Source: a candidate division WOR-3 bacterium (GTDB lineage: Bacteria; Hydrothermota; Tepidihabitantia; Tepidihabitantales; Tepidihabitantaceae). Taken from it: a stretch of 64,000 nucleotides of DNA. Location of the stretch: assembly GCA_039801245.1 (NCBI GenBank), contig JBDRUF010000001.1, forward strand, positions 170 to 64,169, given 5' to 3'. Position 1 is the first letter of the stretch. Each line of letters opens with the position of its first letter. Positions 8,613 through 19,482 of the stretch are shown here, in pieces. The notes below the pieces were generated by a model, which ran no database searches, was not told the DNA's origin, and saw nothing but the letters and a program-made list of their open reading frames with translations. The position numbers were made by a program, and so were the translations under genes.

Positions 8613-9176
8613 TTGATGTGTGAAGTTGAAAGACAACCTCTGGAAACAAAGGCCAAAAAGGGTCCGGTAACTTTGTTGACCGAAAGGGTGGCAGAGCTTG
8701 AGGCTGGTGTGAAGAGCCTGAAGAATGATTATCTGCGCGCTTTGGCAGATTTTGACAACTTTCGGAAGCGGACCGAGCGGGATATTGAGATGAAAAGGCA
8801 GGCGGGTGTGGAGGCGCTTTTTGCCGATTTGTTGCCGGTCCTTGATAATTTTGAACGGGCGCTTGGTGCACCGAGTGATAATATTGATGGTATTAAGAAG
8901 GGCATTGAGCTGATACATAAGGAGTTATGCGCGGTGCTCAAGAGGCACGGGCTTAATGAGTTTTCCTGTCAGGGTCAGGTTTTTGACCCGAAGCGGGCAG
9001 AGGCGATTGGCTTTGTTGAGTGCGAAGAAAAGGATGCCAATCTGGTGGTTGAGGAGTTGTGCAAGGGTTATGAGTTCTCGGGCAGGGTGATAAGACCGGC
9101 GCGGGTGAAGGTGGGGAGAGCCAAGTTAGAGTCGGGTGAGGATAAGGCAGGGAAAGAAGGGGAAATCGCCCAGTAG
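8613..9176 (+). CDS. grpE: Nucleotide exchange factor GrpE
   Basis: LRALADFDNFRKRTERD GrpE signature. The ORF table uses TTG at 8613; the next codon, ATG at 8616, is the likely start. SD-like aaaggagag sits upstream. Confidence 0.9.
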   Translation: MMCEVERQPLETKAKKGPVTLLTERVAELEAGVKSLKNDYLRALADFDNFRKRTERDIEMKRQAGVEALFADLLPVLDNFERALGAPSDNIDGIKKGIELIHKELCAVLKRHGLNEFSCQGQVFDPKRAEAIGFVECEEKDANLVVEELCKGYEFSGRVIRPARVKVGRAKLESGEDKAGKEGEIAQ

Positions 9177-9241
9177 GTAAAAGGAGTCTAATAGGGTGAT
9201 AAAGATTTGGAAATTCACCTTCTTTATGAAAGGAGGAAAAT

Positions 9242-11128
9242 GTGAGTAAGGTTATTGGTATTGATCTGGGAACGACATTCTCCTGTGTGGCGGTGATGGA
9301 GCGTGGTCAGCCGGTTGTTATACCCAATCCTGAGGGTGGCAGGACCACGCCTTCGGTTGTTGCCTTGGGCAAGGAGCGGCTTGTTGGCACCCTTGCCAAG
9401 CGCCAGGCGGTGATTAATCCGGAGTCAACCATCTATTCAATCAAGCGTTTTATGGGCAGGCGGTATTCTGAGGTCAGTGAGGAGATTAAGCGGGTGCCCT
9501 TCCGGGTGGTTGAGTCGGCAAACGGTGATGCCTGGGTTGAGGTTGATGGCAAGCGCTATTCACCCCCTGAGATTTCCGCGATGATTCTCTCCTATCTGAA
9601 AAAGGCGGCAGAGGCATATTTAGGTGAGGCGGTGACCAAGGCGGTTATTACCGTTCCTGCCTATTTTAACGACTCCCAGCGTCAGGCAACCAAGGATGCC
9701 GGTAAGATTGCCGGGCTTGATGTGTTAAGAATCATCAATGAGCCCACCGCAGCCTCACTGGCTTATGGTCTGGACAAGAAGCGCTCAGAGCGGATTGCGG
9801 TGTACGACCTTGGCGGCGGCACATTTGACATCTCTATCCTTGAGATTGGTGAGGGTGTTTTTGAGGTGCGTTCAACCAATGGTGATACCCATTTGGGTGG
9901 GGATGATTTTGACCAGCGGGTGATGGACTGGATTATCAGCGAGTTCAGAAAGGAGCACGGGATAGACCTTTCCAAGGACAAGACCGCATTGCAGCGGATT
10001 AAGGAGGCGGCAGAGAAGGCGAAGTGTGAGCTTTCCACCTCTATGGAGACCACCATCAGTCTGCCGTTTATCTATGCCGATGAGAAAAGGGGCCCCCTCC
10101 ACATTGACTATCGGCTGACAAGGGCAAAACTGGAGGCGCTGGTTGAGGACCTAATCCAGCGCACATTCGGGCCGGTCAAGCAGGCGCTTGAGGATGCCAA
10201 GCTGACACCAAGGGATATTGATGAGGTGATTTTGGTTGGCGGTCAGACGAGGATGCCGCGGGTTCAGCAGCTGGTGCGGGACTTCTTTGGCAAGGAGCCG
10301 CACAAAGGGATAAATCCAGATGAGGTGGTGGCGATAGGTGCGGCGATTCAGGGTGCGGTTCTTGCCGGTGAGGTCAAGGATGTGGTTCTTTTGGATGTGA
10401 CACCGCTTTCACTTGGGATTGAGACTGCGGGCGGGGTATTTACCAAAATCATTGAGCGCAACACCACCATTCCCACAAGGAAGAGTCAGATTTTCACCAC
10501 GGTTGAGGACAATCAGACCACCGTCCGGATACATGTGCTTCAGGGCGAGCGGGAGATGGCGGCAGACAATCGCACATTAGGGATGTTTGACCTGGTGGGA
10601 ATCACACCGGCACCAAGAGGGATTCCCCAGATTGAGGTGACATTTGACATTGATGCCGATGGTATTCTCCATGTTACCGCCAAGGACAAGCTGACCGGGA
10701 AGGAGCAGAGCATCAGGATTACCGCATCATCCGGTCTTTCCAAAGAGGAGATTGACCGGATGGTGAGCGAGGCGCAGGCGCACGCTGCAGAGGACCGCAG
10801 GCGCAGGGAGCTTGTTGACAGCCGCAATCGTGCCGATACCATTATCTATCAAACTGAGCGCACCCTGAAGGATTTGGGTGAGCGGGTGCCGGCTGATGAT
10901 AGAAGGCAGATTGAGGCGGCGATTGCTAAGTTAAAAGAGGTGATGAAGGGCGAGGACAAAGGTGCGATTGATGCGGCTATTGCTGATTTGCAGAGGGTGA
11001 CCGCAAGTATGGGTGAGCGGCTTTATCGTCAGCAGGCAGGAGCTGGTGGTGAAGAGAAGGGTGGCTCAGGTCAGGATAAAAAGGTAGAGGCTGATTACAC
11101 GGTAATTGACGACGAAGGTAAGAAATAA
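9242..11128 (+). CDS. dnaK: Chaperone DnaK (Hsp70)
   Basis: GTG start giving [18 protein letters not shown], plus [12 protein letters not shown] and full-length Hsp70. aggagg RBS upstream. Confidence 0.97.
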   Translation: MSKVIGIDLGTTFSCVAVMERGQPVVIPNPEGGRTTPSVVALGKERLVGTLAKRQAVINPESTIYSIKRFMGRRYSEVSEEIKRVPFRVVESANGDAWVEVDGKRYSPPEISAMILSYLKKAAEAYLGEAVTKAVITVPAYFNDSQRQATKDAGKIAGLDVLRIINEPTAASLAYGLDKKRSERIAVYDLGGGTFDISILEIGEGVFEVRSTNGDTHLGGDDFDQRVMDWIISEFRKEHGIDLSKDKTALQRIKEAAEKAKCELSTSMETTISLPFIYADEKRGPLHIDYRLTRAKLEALVEDLIQRTFGPVKQALEDAKLTPRDIDEVILVGGQTRMPRVQQLVRDFFGKEPHKGINPDEVVAIGAAIQGAVLAGEVKDVVLLDVTPLSLGIETAGGVFTKIIERNTTIPTRKSQIFTTVEDNQTTVRIHVLQGEREMAADNRTLGMFDLVGITPAPRGIPQIEVTFDIDADGILHVTAKDKLTGKEQSIRITASSGLSKEEIDRMVSEAQAHAAEDRRRRELVDSRNRADTIIYQTERTLKDLGERVPADDRRQIEAAIAKLKEVMKGEDKGAIDAAIADLQRVTASMGERLYRQQAGAGGEEKGGSGQDKKVEADYTVIDDEGKK

Positions 11129-11174
11129 AAGGAGGCTGGTTTAGAACTGAAGGTTTTAAGGAGGTGTGTTCTTA

Positions 11175-11196
11175 AAGCCGATTGAAATGTCGGCTT
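11175..11196 (+). other. Intercistronic stem-loop between dnaK and dnaJ
   Basis: aagccga-ttgaaatg-tcggctt gives a 7-bp stem. No T-tract follows, so this looks like an attenuator or processing hairpin rather than a full terminator. Confidence 0.35.
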
Positions 11197-11204
11197 AGTT
11201 AATA

Positions 11205-12347
11205 ATGCCTCAGACAAAAAGGGACTATTATGAGGTCCTGGGCGTTTCCCGTAATGCCACACAGGAGGAGATAAAGAGCGCCTACCGCCGGCTCGCAAAA
11301 GAGTATCACCCTGACCGCAACCCGGAAAACAGAAAAGAGGCTGAGGAGAAGTTTAAGGAGCTCTCTGAGGCTTATGAGGTTCTGGCTGACCCAGAAAAGC
11401 GCCGGATTTATGACACCTATGGACATGAAGGGGTTTCTTCTCAGTTTGGTCCTGGTGGCTTTGATTTCCGGCGTCACTTTACCCACGAGGAGGACCTTGA
11501 GGATATCTTTGGTGATATCTTGCGCGGGTTTGGCGGGGGGGCAGGGAGCCTGTTTGATTTGCTCTTTGGTTCTGAAGAAAGAAGGGCAACCAGGCGCCAG
11601 ACTCGGGGAAGGGATATTATCATCAGGATGCGTTTGAGCCTGGAGGAGATTGCGAGCGGTGTGACTAAAGAGGTAAGGTTTTCCCGTTACGAGGTGTGTC
11701 CTGACTGTCGGGGTGCTGGCGGCTCAGGTCGGGTTAATTGCGGGACTTGCGGTGGTACCGGCAGGATCAGGCGGCAGACCAGTTCGATATTCGGGCAGTT
11801 TGTTCAGGTATCAACCTGTCCAGATTGTGGGGGGACTGGTGAACGGGTGAAAAGTTTGTGCCCGCGCTGCAATGGGGAAGGCAGGATAAGGCAGAGTAGA
11901 ACCTTAAAGGTAAGAATTCCCGCTGGAGTAATGCCAGGAATGCCGATTGTCCTTCACAATGAAGGGCATTGGGGTCCGGGTGGGAGTGGTGATGTGGTGA
12001 TAGAGGTGGAGGAGAAGGAGCATCCGCTTTTTGTTCGGGATGGGGACAATGTGATTGTGGAGGTGCCGATTTCAATTCCGGTTGCGGTGTTGGGAGGTAG
12101 GATTAGGGTGCCAACATTGAACGGGATTAAAGAGGTGGAGATACCGGCAGGGACAAATTCAGGGACAGTTTTTAGGTTGCGGGGACAGGGGATAAAGAGG
12201 ATGGAGGGTGGTAGCGGTGACCTGTTGGTGAGGGTGGTGGTTCATATCCCCAAACATCTCAGCCAGAAGGAGCGGGCGCTTTACAAGCAACTGACTGAGA
12301 TTCAGTCAGAACCGGTGCCCGAGCCAAGAAAGCCTGTGGGTTCATAA
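11205..12347 (+). CDS. dnaJ: Chaperone DnaJ
   Basis: J-domain [36 protein letters not shown]-rich region. Four CxxCxGxG zinc-finger repeats. Confidence 0.95.
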   Translation: MPQTKRDYYEVLGVSRNATQEEIKSAYRRLAKEYHPDRNPENRKEAEEKFKELSEAYEVLADPEKRRIYDTYGHEGVSSQFGPGGFDFRRHFTHEEDLEDIFGDILRGFGGGAGSLFDLLFGSEERRATRRQTRGRDIIIRMRLSLEEIASGVTKEVRFSRYEVCPDCRGAGGSGRVNCGTCGGTGRIRRQTSSIFGQFVQVSTCPDCGGTGERVKSLCPRCNGEGRIRQSRTLKVRIPAGVMPGMPIVLHNEGHWGPGGSGDVVIEVEEKEHPLFVRDGDNVIVEVPISIPVAVLGGRIRVPTLNGIKEVEIPAGTNSGTVFRLRGQGIKRMEGGSGDLLVRVVVHIPKHLSQKERALYKQLTEIQSEPVPEPRKPVGS

Positions 12348-13069
12348 TGGAGTATTTCTATCTTCAAGAGGTGAGTTTTGAAAAAGGGGAGGCGGTGATC
12401 ACTGGACAGGAGGCAAGGCATATCGCCAAGGTTTTACGACATAAACCCGGTGACGAGATTTTTGGCACAAATGGTAGAGGGGATGAGTTCAGGATGGTAA
12501 TTAAGGGTATCAAACCGGACAGGGTTTTGGTGCAGGTGCTCGAGAGAAGAAATGGGCAAAGGGAACCGGCACATAGGTTGACACTGGCTCCAGCGGTTTT
12601 GAAAGGGGATAAACTTAGTTTCGTGGTTGAGGCGGTGACTGAATTAGGGGTTAGTGAAATAGTTCCCTTTTTCAGTTCACGGGTGATTGGCAGGATGGGC
12701 GAGAGGAAGTTGCAGCGGCTTCGGACGGTAGCAATAAGCGGGATGAAGACCGCCTTAAGGACATTTCTGCCCGAGGTAAGACCGGCAGTTGAGTTTGAAT
12801 CCCTTGTCAGGAGATTTAAGGATTTTGACAGGGTTCTTGTTGCCTATGAAGAGGAGCATGCCACAAGTTTAACGGCGGTTTTAGATTCTAAGGTCAAGTC
12901 GCTCCTTTTGGTTATCGGTCCTGAAGGTGGGTTTACAGAGGAAGAGGTGACTGGTATGCGGGAGGCAGGGGCAGCCCTTTTCACCCTTGGTCCAAGGAGA
13001 CTTCGGGCTGAGACCGCAGCGGTTGCGGCAACGGCACTATGTCTGGGGCTTTTGGGTGATTTAAAATGA
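12347..13069 (+). CDS. rsmE: 16S rRNA (uracil1498-N3)-methyltransferase RsmE
   Basis: N-terminal PUA-like region (GEEARHIAKVLRHKPGDEI) and C-terminal SPOUT motif LLVIGPEGGFTEEEV. Overlaps the dnaJ stop (TAATGG). Confidence 0.75.
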   Translation: MEYFYLQEVSFEKGEAVITGQEARHIAKVLRHKPGDEIFGTNGRGDEFRMVIKGIKPDRVLVQVLERRNGQREPAHRLTLAPAVLKGDKLSFVVEAVTELGVSEIVPFFSSRVIGRMGERKLQRLRTVAISGMKTALRTFLPEVRPAVEFESLVRRFKDFDRVLVAYEEEHATSLTAVLDSKVKSLLLVIGPEGGFTEEEVTGMREAGAALFTLGPRRLRAETAAVAATALCLGLLGDLK

Positions 13070-13087
13070 TGAGCCTAAAGAAAGGAG

Positions 13088-13294
13088 GTGGAGCGTTTAA
13101 TGGTAAGTATTACCGTAAGAGAGGGCGAGCCGTATGAGAGTTTTATCAGGCGGTTTCGCCGGGCGTGTGAACAGGCCGGGATCCTGCGCGAATTCAAACG
13201 CCGGGAGTATTATGAGAAGCCCAGCGAGCGGCGTAAGCGCAAGATGGCTGAGGCGAGACGCCGGCTCTATCGTAAGCAGATGAGCGAAAGATAA
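13088..13294 (+). CDS. rpsU: 30S ribosomal protein S21
   Basis: ESFIRRFRRACEQAGILREFKRREYYEKPSERRKRK is the S21 signature. The internal ATG giving MVSITV, 12 nt downstream, is the more likely start. aaggagg RBS. Confidence 0.85.
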   Translation: MERLMVSITVREGEPYESFIRRFRRACEQAGILREFKRREYYEKPSERRKRKMAEARRRLYRKQMSER

Positions 13295-13318
13295 ATTATA
13301 AGATGTTCGGTAAAGAGG

Positions 13319-15631
13319 TTGCTGAAATTGGATGAGAAAACGCTAAAGGCGTTAGACTTCTTTCGCATCCGAGAGGAGCTTGTGAGCCTTTGTGAGAGTG
13401 AATTGGGAAGGGAGCGGGCGCGAGTATTGGAGCCGGTGCTAACGGAGTTGGAGGTTAAGACTGAGTTTGAGCGAATGGAAGAGTTGATGGCACTTGAGAC
13501 GGAACCACCTCTGTCAGGAGTGGGCGATGTTCGGGGACTATTGCGAAGGGTGGAGGCAGGAGGTGTTCTTACACCTACTGAACTGTGGCAGGTGCGAAAG
13601 GTGTGCGAGCAGTTTGAGTTGTGCGAGCAGTTTTTCCGGCGTCACCAAGAAAGAATCACTGCACTTAAACCAATCGTTAATGAAATAGTGGGGCTATATC
13701 AGTTAAAAAAGGCAATTGACCAGGCGATTGATGAGTCTGGTGCGGTCAAAGACAATGCGAGCCCAAGATTGAAGGAAATAAGAGCGGAGTTGCGGGAACG
13801 GCGCAATCAACTGGTGGAGCGTCTGGAGCGAATGATGGAGAGAAATCCCGAGAGATTCGAAGGACCGGTGATGGTGCGAAGAGAAAGATTTGTTCTGCCG
13901 GTAAAACTGGAGGCAAAAAACCAAGTGCCAGGTGTTGTCCATTCATTATCTGCCAGCGGTCAGACGGTGTTTGTGGAACCATTGGAGAGCATTGATGAGC
14001 AGAATAGGTTGCAGGAGTTGCGGGATGCTGAGACTGAGGAGGTTGAGCGGATTCGGCGGGAACTTTCGGCATTCGTCTTCAATTATCGAGAGGAGATCGA
14101 CACCGGTCTAATGGCGATGGCAGCTCTGGATTTGCTTTTGGCGAAGTGCCGATTTGCAAAGAGGTTTGGTTGTCTCCGCCCGATAATTGATAATGCCCGA
14201 CTGGAGATTGTTCGGGCAAAACATCCATTGTTGGTTCTCCATAAGACCAATGTGGTGCCGCTTGATTTCATCTTACCAGACCGAACAAAGGTTGTGCTTG
14301 TTTCCGGACCAAACGCCGGTGGCAAAACGGTGGTGTTAAAGACGATAGGGTTATGCAGCGTGCTTTTGAAATGCGGAATGTTTGTGCCGGCAGCCGTGGG
14401 GACGAGGTTGCCGCTTTTTGAAAGGATTTATGCGGATATCGGTGATGAGCAGTCCTTGGAGGCGGATATATCGTCGTTTACTGCCCATCTCATTAGACTG
14501 AATGAGGTCTTGGCGAGTGCTGATGCGCGCACCTTAGTTTTAATCGATGAGATTGGGGCGGCAACCGCGCCGGAGGAAGGTTCGGCGCTGGCGTTTGCTA
14601 TTCTCGAGGAACTACGCGACCGGGGTGTATGCACAATTGCTACAACCCATTTTAACAGTCTAAAGGTTTTTGTGCAGAATGAAGCGGGGATGGCTAACGC
14701 AGGAATGGAGTTCAGGAACGGTCCGACCTATCGGTTGATAATGGGTATACCGGGTGAGTCAAGTGCCTTTGAGATTGCTGAACGTTCGGGTTTGCCCCTA
14801 AGAATAATTATACGGGCAAAGGAGCGGATGGGAAAGGAATGGGTGGATTTCAAGGTTAAGCTGCAACAACTGGATGAGGAACTTAGGGAGATGGCAAAGG
14901 AGAGACAAGAGATAGATAGGAATAAGACGAAGGTGAACGAAATGGTTCAGGTTTACGAAAAAAGGTTGAGGGAGTTTGAGGAGTGGCAGGCGCGAGAGCG
15001 AAATAGGTTTATAACCGAGCAGGAACGGCTGTTGAAGGAGATGAGACGGCAGGTTGAAAATCTGGTGAGGGAGTTGCGTGAGCGCCAGGCAGACCATGAA
15101 AGTATTGTCCGGGCAAAACGGTTCATTGAGGAGAAACTTGATAAAATAGAGTCCGAGAGACAGGAGATATTACCAGTGCAAACCGTGTCTGCGTTTGGTG
15201 TTGGTGATATTGTCGAGTCCCTCCTTTTTCATCGTCGGGGGAAAGTGGTCGCAGTGAATGGTGAACGGGCGGTCGTGGAGTTTGGAAACATCAAACTTGA
15301 GGTTGAGACCGGCATTCTGAGATTGGCTGCTGAAAAGGATTCAAGGCAGACAGAGGTCAGGGTTGAGGAGTTTGAGTTTGTTCCGAGGTTGAATATCCGG
15401 GGTATGACAAAGGAAGAGGCGGAGATGGCGGTGAGTAAATTCTTAGATGAGGCAATGAATGTAGGGGCCACAGAGTTAGCGATTCTCCACGGGAAAGGGA
15501 CGGGTGCTCTTAGGCAGATGCTCTGGCGGCGATTGCGTAAGGATGCCCGGGTAGCGGAAATCAGGTTTGCTGAACCATCAGCAGGTGGAACTGGGGTAAC
15601 GGTTCTAAGACTCCGAGGTGAAAGTGATTAA
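13319..15631 (+). CDS. mutS2: Endonuclease MutS2 (MutS domain + C-terminal Smr domain)
   Basis: Walker A GPNAGGKTVVLKT. DEIGAATAPEEG. C-terminal Smr NIRGMTKEEAE...ILHGKGTGALR. 770 aa. Confidence 0.9.
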   Translation: MLKLDEKTLKALDFFRIREELVSLCESELGRERARVLEPVLTELEVKTEFERMEELMALETEPPLSGVGDVRGLLRRVEAGGVLTPTELWQVRKVCEQFELCEQFFRRHQERITALKPIVNEIVGLYQLKKAIDQAIDESGAVKDNASPRLKEIRAELRERRNQLVERLERMMERNPERFEGPVMVRRERFVLPVKLEAKNQVPGVVHSLSASGQTVFVEPLESIDEQNRLQELRDAETEEVERIRRELSAFVFNYREEIDTGLMAMAALDLLLAKCRFAKRFGCLRPIIDNARLEIVRAKHPLLVLHKTNVVPLDFILPDRTKVVLVSGPNAGGKTVVLKTIGLCSVLLKCGMFVPAAVGTRLPLFERIYADIGDEQSLEADISSFTAHLIRLNEVLASADARTLVLIDEIGAATAPEEGSALAFAILEELRDRGVCTIATTHFNSLKVFVQNEAGMANAGMEFRNGPTYRLIMGIPGESSAFEIAERSGLPLRIIIRAKERMGKEWVDFKVKLQQLDEELREMAKERQEIDRNKTKVNEMVQVYEKRLREFEEWQARERNRFITEQERLLKEMRRQVENLVRELRERQADHESIVRAKRFIEEKLDKIESERQEILPVQTVSAFGVGDIVESLLFHRRGKVVAVNGERAVVEFGNIKLEVETGILRLAAEKDSRQTEVRVEEFEFVPRLNIRGMTKEEAEMAVSKFLDEAMNVGATELAILHGKGTGALRQMLWRRLRKDARVAEIRFAEPSAGGTGVTVLRLRGESD

Positions 15632-17300
15632 ACCCGAGGTAATTGAGCGGATTCGCCAAGAGACAGATATCGTGGAACTAATCGGCAGCTATTTGCCATT
15701 GAAGAAGGTGGGGAGAAATTACCGAGGGCTTTGTCCATTTCATTCTGAACGCTCGCCTTCATTCTATGTTAGTCCTGAACGCCAGGCTTATCATTGCTTT
15801 GGATGTGGGGCTGGGGGAACGGTAATTACCTTTGTTATGCAGTTTGAAAAATTGGATTTTCCTGATGCTGTGCGGTTACTTGCGAAAAGGCTGGGGCTAA
15901 AGGTTGAGGAGGAAACGGTTAGCGGTGAAAAACAAATACTATACGAGACTTGCGAAAAGGCGGCAAGGTTCTTTGAGCAAATGCTTAAAAAATCAGATGT
16001 TGCCCAAAGGTATCTTGAGAAACGGGGTTTGAAGGAGACGACGGTAAAGCGGTTTCGGATTGGCTTTGCTCCTGGAGGCAATGCTTTGCGCGGGACGGGG
16101 AGCAAATTAGGATTAGGAGAAAAGGCTTTGTTAGAAGCCGGGCTGCTTATAAAACGGGATAATGGCTTGATAGATTATTTTCGGGAACGAATAATCTTTC
16201 CGATATTTTCCCTTTCCGGTAAGGTGATAGGTTTCGGTGGAAGGGTATTGGATAATAGTGAACCCAAATATCTTAATTCTCCAGACAGCCGAATATTCCG
16301 CAAGGGGGAAATTCTCTATGGAATTTTTCAAGCCAAGGGATACATCCGCGAGGCCGTGCCGATTCTTGTTGAGGGCAATTTCGACCTCCTTTCTTTAGTT
16401 GACAAGGGAATAAACAATTGTGTTGCTAGCCTCGGGACCGCGCTGACGCAAGAGCAGGCGTTGCTGATTGGTCGCTATAACCGACAGGTGGTGTTGTGCT
16501 ATGACGGCGATGAGGCCGGGGAGAAGGCGTGTCGTCGCTCAATTGAGACGCTCCTGCGGGCAGGGGTGGATCCCCAGATTATGGTTTTACCTCGAGGCGA
16601 TGACCCAGATAGTTATATCCAAAAATTTGGTAAAGATGCATTTCTTCGGCAAGTCGATAATGTCATTGACTTTGTTGACTTTGTTATTAGAGGGAGAAGA
16701 TTGGATACGGTTGCCCAAAAGCGGTCTGCTATTAGTGAACTGGGCGCCATTGTGGAGGCGATTGCTGATGATGTTACCCGAGAGTTGTACGCCAACCTTA
16801 TTGCGAAAAAATTTGGAATAAGTCAATCACAACTCCTCCCGCGGAGTGAGGGGCGTCAAAGTGCAAGAATCGTCAATCCCACGGTATCAGGTGATTCGAT
16901 TTTGGCAGAGAACCTGGTGGCGGCAGCGGTCCAGGATAAACACCTCGCCAGTATCGCTCAAGAGTTTTCTTTATACGAAATGGTTGAGGATGAAGTTCTA
17001 AGAGGGGTAGCTCGGTTAGTGGGGGAGCATTGGCGAAGCGATTCTTATAAGCCGGCACTCTTGATGGATATTGTGGATGATGAAAGGGCGAGGAGGAAGA
17101 TTGCAAGATGGCTTTTTGATGGACCGGAGCCGCCAACCGCAGAGAAGTTTCGGGAGCAGATATGCCGCTTACGGGCACGTTGGCTTCAAAGACAGATTGA
17201 ACTGGCTCATGCAGAAGGAGATGAGGAAAGAGCAGAAATTTTAATTAGGGAAAAGGATCTCTTATTAAGAGAAAAAAGACCCGTTTCGAGAAAGGGGTGA
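15618..17300 (+). CDS. dnaG: DNA primase DnaG
   Basis: CHC2 zinc finger CPFHSERSPSFYVSPERQAYHCFGCGAGG. TOPRIM ILVEGNFDLLSL..CYDGDEAG. Confidence 0.9.
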   Translation: MKVIKPEVIERIRQETDIVELIGSYLPLKKVGRNYRGLCPFHSERSPSFYVSPERQAYHCFGCGAGGTVITFVMQFEKLDFPDAVRLLAKRLGLKVEEETVSGEKQILYETCEKAARFFEQMLKKSDVAQRYLEKRGLKETTVKRFRIGFAPGGNALRGTGSKLGLGEKALLEAGLLIKRDNGLIDYFRERIIFPIFSLSGKVIGFGGRVLDNSEPKYLNSPDSRIFRKGEILYGIFQAKGYIREAVPILVEGNFDLLSLVDKGINNCVASLGTALTQEQALLIGRYNRQVVLCYDGDEAGEKACRRSIETLLRAGVDPQIMVLPRGDDPDSYIQKFGKDAFLRQVDNVIDFVDFVIRGRRLDTVAQKRSAISELGAIVEAIADDVTRELYANLIAKKFGISQSQLLPRSEGRQSARIVNPTVSGDSILAENLVAAAVQDKHLASIAQEFSLYEMVEDEVLRGVARLVGEHWRSDSYKPALLMDIVDDERARRKIARWLFDGPEPPTAEKFREQICRLRARWLQRQIELAHAEGDEERAEILIREKDLLLREKRPVSRKG

Positions 17301-17306
17301 TATGGA

Positions 17307-19007
17307 ATGAGAGAAAAGAACAACCAGCGAAAAGAGCAAATTCGAGATAAAAAGAAGACAAAAGGGTTAAAAAAGAACGCAGGCTTTGGAGGGGATACGG
17401 CTCAAGTTGAGAGTGGTCAACAGCCGGAGTGGTTAGATAATATTTTAAAAAAAGCAGCGGGCGACCGACGGATTACTTACGAAGAACTTGAGGAGGCGCT
17501 GCCTGACGAGGTCTTAATGGCACCTGAAAGGTTAGAGGAGGTGATCGCTTGTCTCGACCGGGAGGGAATCCAGATGGCGGAGAGGCATGTGGATGAGGAG
17601 GAGGTGCTTCTTCCTCGTCGTGGACCTAAGCCAGTAGTTCAGCGCACAGATGATCCTACCAAGGCTTATTTCCGCGAACTGGCAAAATTACCCCTTCTCA
17701 CCCGTGAGGAAGAGGTAAAGTACTCCCGGGAGATGGAAGACGGATACAGGAATCTGATTCAGTATTTATTTGATCCGGTGCCGATGATGATTAGATTGGT
17801 TGAGGAGTGCAAGCCTGTTGAGGATGGAACAAGGGCATTGGACCAGATCGCCCGGGTGGAGTTCGAATGTCTTTTTGACAAGAAGGCTTTAGCAAGGGAA
17901 CGGACGCGATTTATACGGTGTTTGCGGGATATTCGCCGTGCAGCTGAGCGGTTAAAAGAATTACAGGAGAAAAAACTTACTAACAAGATAAAGAAGGAAA
18001 TCGCTACGCTCAAACACCATGTCTTCAATCGGATTCAGGCACTTTCACTTCAGCACCACATCATTAATAATTTCCTTAACGAATTCAAAGCGGTTGCCAA
18101 TAAGGCGTTAGAATATCAGGAAAGGTTGGAAAAATTAGAGAAGGAGGGGAGAACCCGGACTCAAGAGGCAAAGGAATTGCGAAAGAAAATCCGAGAGGCA
18201 AGGCAGTTTCTTGGCAAAGGTCCTTCCCAACTGAAACGCATATTGACGGAGATGGCTGCCTGTGAAGAAAAAATTCTTGCTGCCCGCGACCGGATGATTG
18301 AAGGTAATGTGCGGCTGGTGATATCAATTGCCAAACGTTATATCAATCGGGGACTGGAGTTTGCTGACCTTTTAGAGGAAGGTAATGTCGGTCTGATAAA
18401 GGCGGTAGAGAAGTTCAACTATCGGAAAGGCTTTAAGTTTTCAACCTATGCCACTTGGTGGATTAAACAGGCGATTACGCGGGCGATTGCTGATCAATCT
18501 CGGACCGTAAGGGTTCCGGCACATATTATCGATGCCATTAACAAAGTAGCGAAGATACAACGTCGCTTCCTCCAGTCCTGTGGTCGGGAGGCGACCACTG
18601 CCGAACTGGCGCAGCGTCTTTCAACGCCAAAGGAAAAACTGGAGCAACTGGGCAAGATTGCCCAGTTCGGCATATCAATTGACAAACCGATTGATGAAGA
18701 AGGCTCCAGTTTTATCGGCGATTTCATCTACGATGATAAAACAGTCTCCCCTTCACACGATGCTGCAGTAAAGCTCTTGAGGGAAAAGTTAAATGAAGGC
18801 TTGAAAACATTGACGCGGCGAGAGGAGAAGGTGCTGAGATTGCGTTTTGGTCTTGGCGACAACTGCCCGCGGACGCTCGAGGAGGTCGGGCAGATTTTCA
18901 ACATTACCCGAGAGAGGGTTAGGCAGATTGAAGCGAAGGCTTTGCGCAAACTGCGCCACCCGATGCGGCTGAAGGAACTTGAGGAGCTAACTAAGTTACT
19001 CCGCTGA
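17307..19007 (+). CDS. rpoD: RNA polymerase sigma factor RpoD (sigma-70)
   Basis: Region 2 [26 protein letters not shown]. Region 4 [30 protein letters not shown]. Region 1.1/1.2 present. Confidence 0.9.
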   Translation: MREKNNQRKEQIRDKKKTKGLKKNAGFGGDTAQVESGQQPEWLDNILKKAAGDRRITYEELEEALPDEVLMAPERLEEVIACLDREGIQMAERHVDEEEVLLPRRGPKPVVQRTDDPTKAYFRELAKLPLLTREEEVKYSREMEDGYRNLIQYLFDPVPMMIRLVEECKPVEDGTRALDQIARVEFECLFDKKALARERTRFIRCLRDIRRAAERLKELQEKKLTNKIKKEIATLKHHVFNRIQALSLQHHIINNFLNEFKAVANKALEYQERLEKLEKEGRTRTQEAKELRKKIREARQFLGKGPSQLKRILTEMAACEEKILAARDRMIEGNVRLVISIAKRYINRGLEFADLLEEGNVGLIKAVEKFNYRKGFKFSTYATWWIKQAITRAIADQSRTVRVPAHIIDAINKVAKIQRRFLQSCGREATTAELAQRLSTPKEKLEQLGKIAQFGISIDKPIDEEGSSFIGDFIYDDKTVSPSHDAAVKLLREKLNEGLKTLTRREEKVLRLRFGLGDNCPRTLEEVGQIFNITRERVRQIEAKALRKLRHPMRLKELEELTKLLR

Positions 19008-19477
19008 TGCAATTGGGAATTATTGCTGATACGCATGACAATCTTGATAAGGTCCGTCAAGCGGTAGCACTGTTCAACCGAATTGGAATTAATCAGCTAA
19101 TCCACTGCGGGGACATTGTTGCCCCATTTGTTCTTAAGGAATTTGGACAGCTAAGATCACCACTGGTACTTATATATGGTAACTGTGACGGTGACCGCAA
19201 TGCGCTGGCAGAGGTGGCGAATAAACTCGGCTTCAGGATTCAGCTATCCCCTCTTTCCTTGCAGTTTGGCAGTAAGACGGTGGTGGTTACCCATGAACCG
19301 ACTGATGACTTACCTGATTGCGATTTTTATATTCACGGACACACCCATCGGGTCAGATATGAGCCCGGTAAACCAGTAATTATCAACCCAGGTGAGGCAT
19401 GTGGGTGGCTTACTGGGAGAAGCACTGCGGCAGTTCTCGATATCGAGAAAACCAAGGTTGAATTTTTTGACCTGTAA
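19007..19477 (+). CDS. Metallophosphoesterase, YfcE/MJ0936 family
   Basis: IADTHDN, GDIV and HGHTH motifs in the calcineurin-like order. 156 aa. Confidence 0.75.
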   Translation: MQLGIIADTHDNLDKVRQAVALFNRIGINQLIHCGDIVAPFVLKEFGQLRSPLVLIYGNCDGDRNALAEVANKLGFRIQLSPLSLQFGSKTVVVTHEPTDDLPDCDFYIHGHTHRVRYEPGKPVIINPGEACGWLTGRSTAAVLDIEKTKVEFFDL

Positions 19478-19482
19478 ATAGA

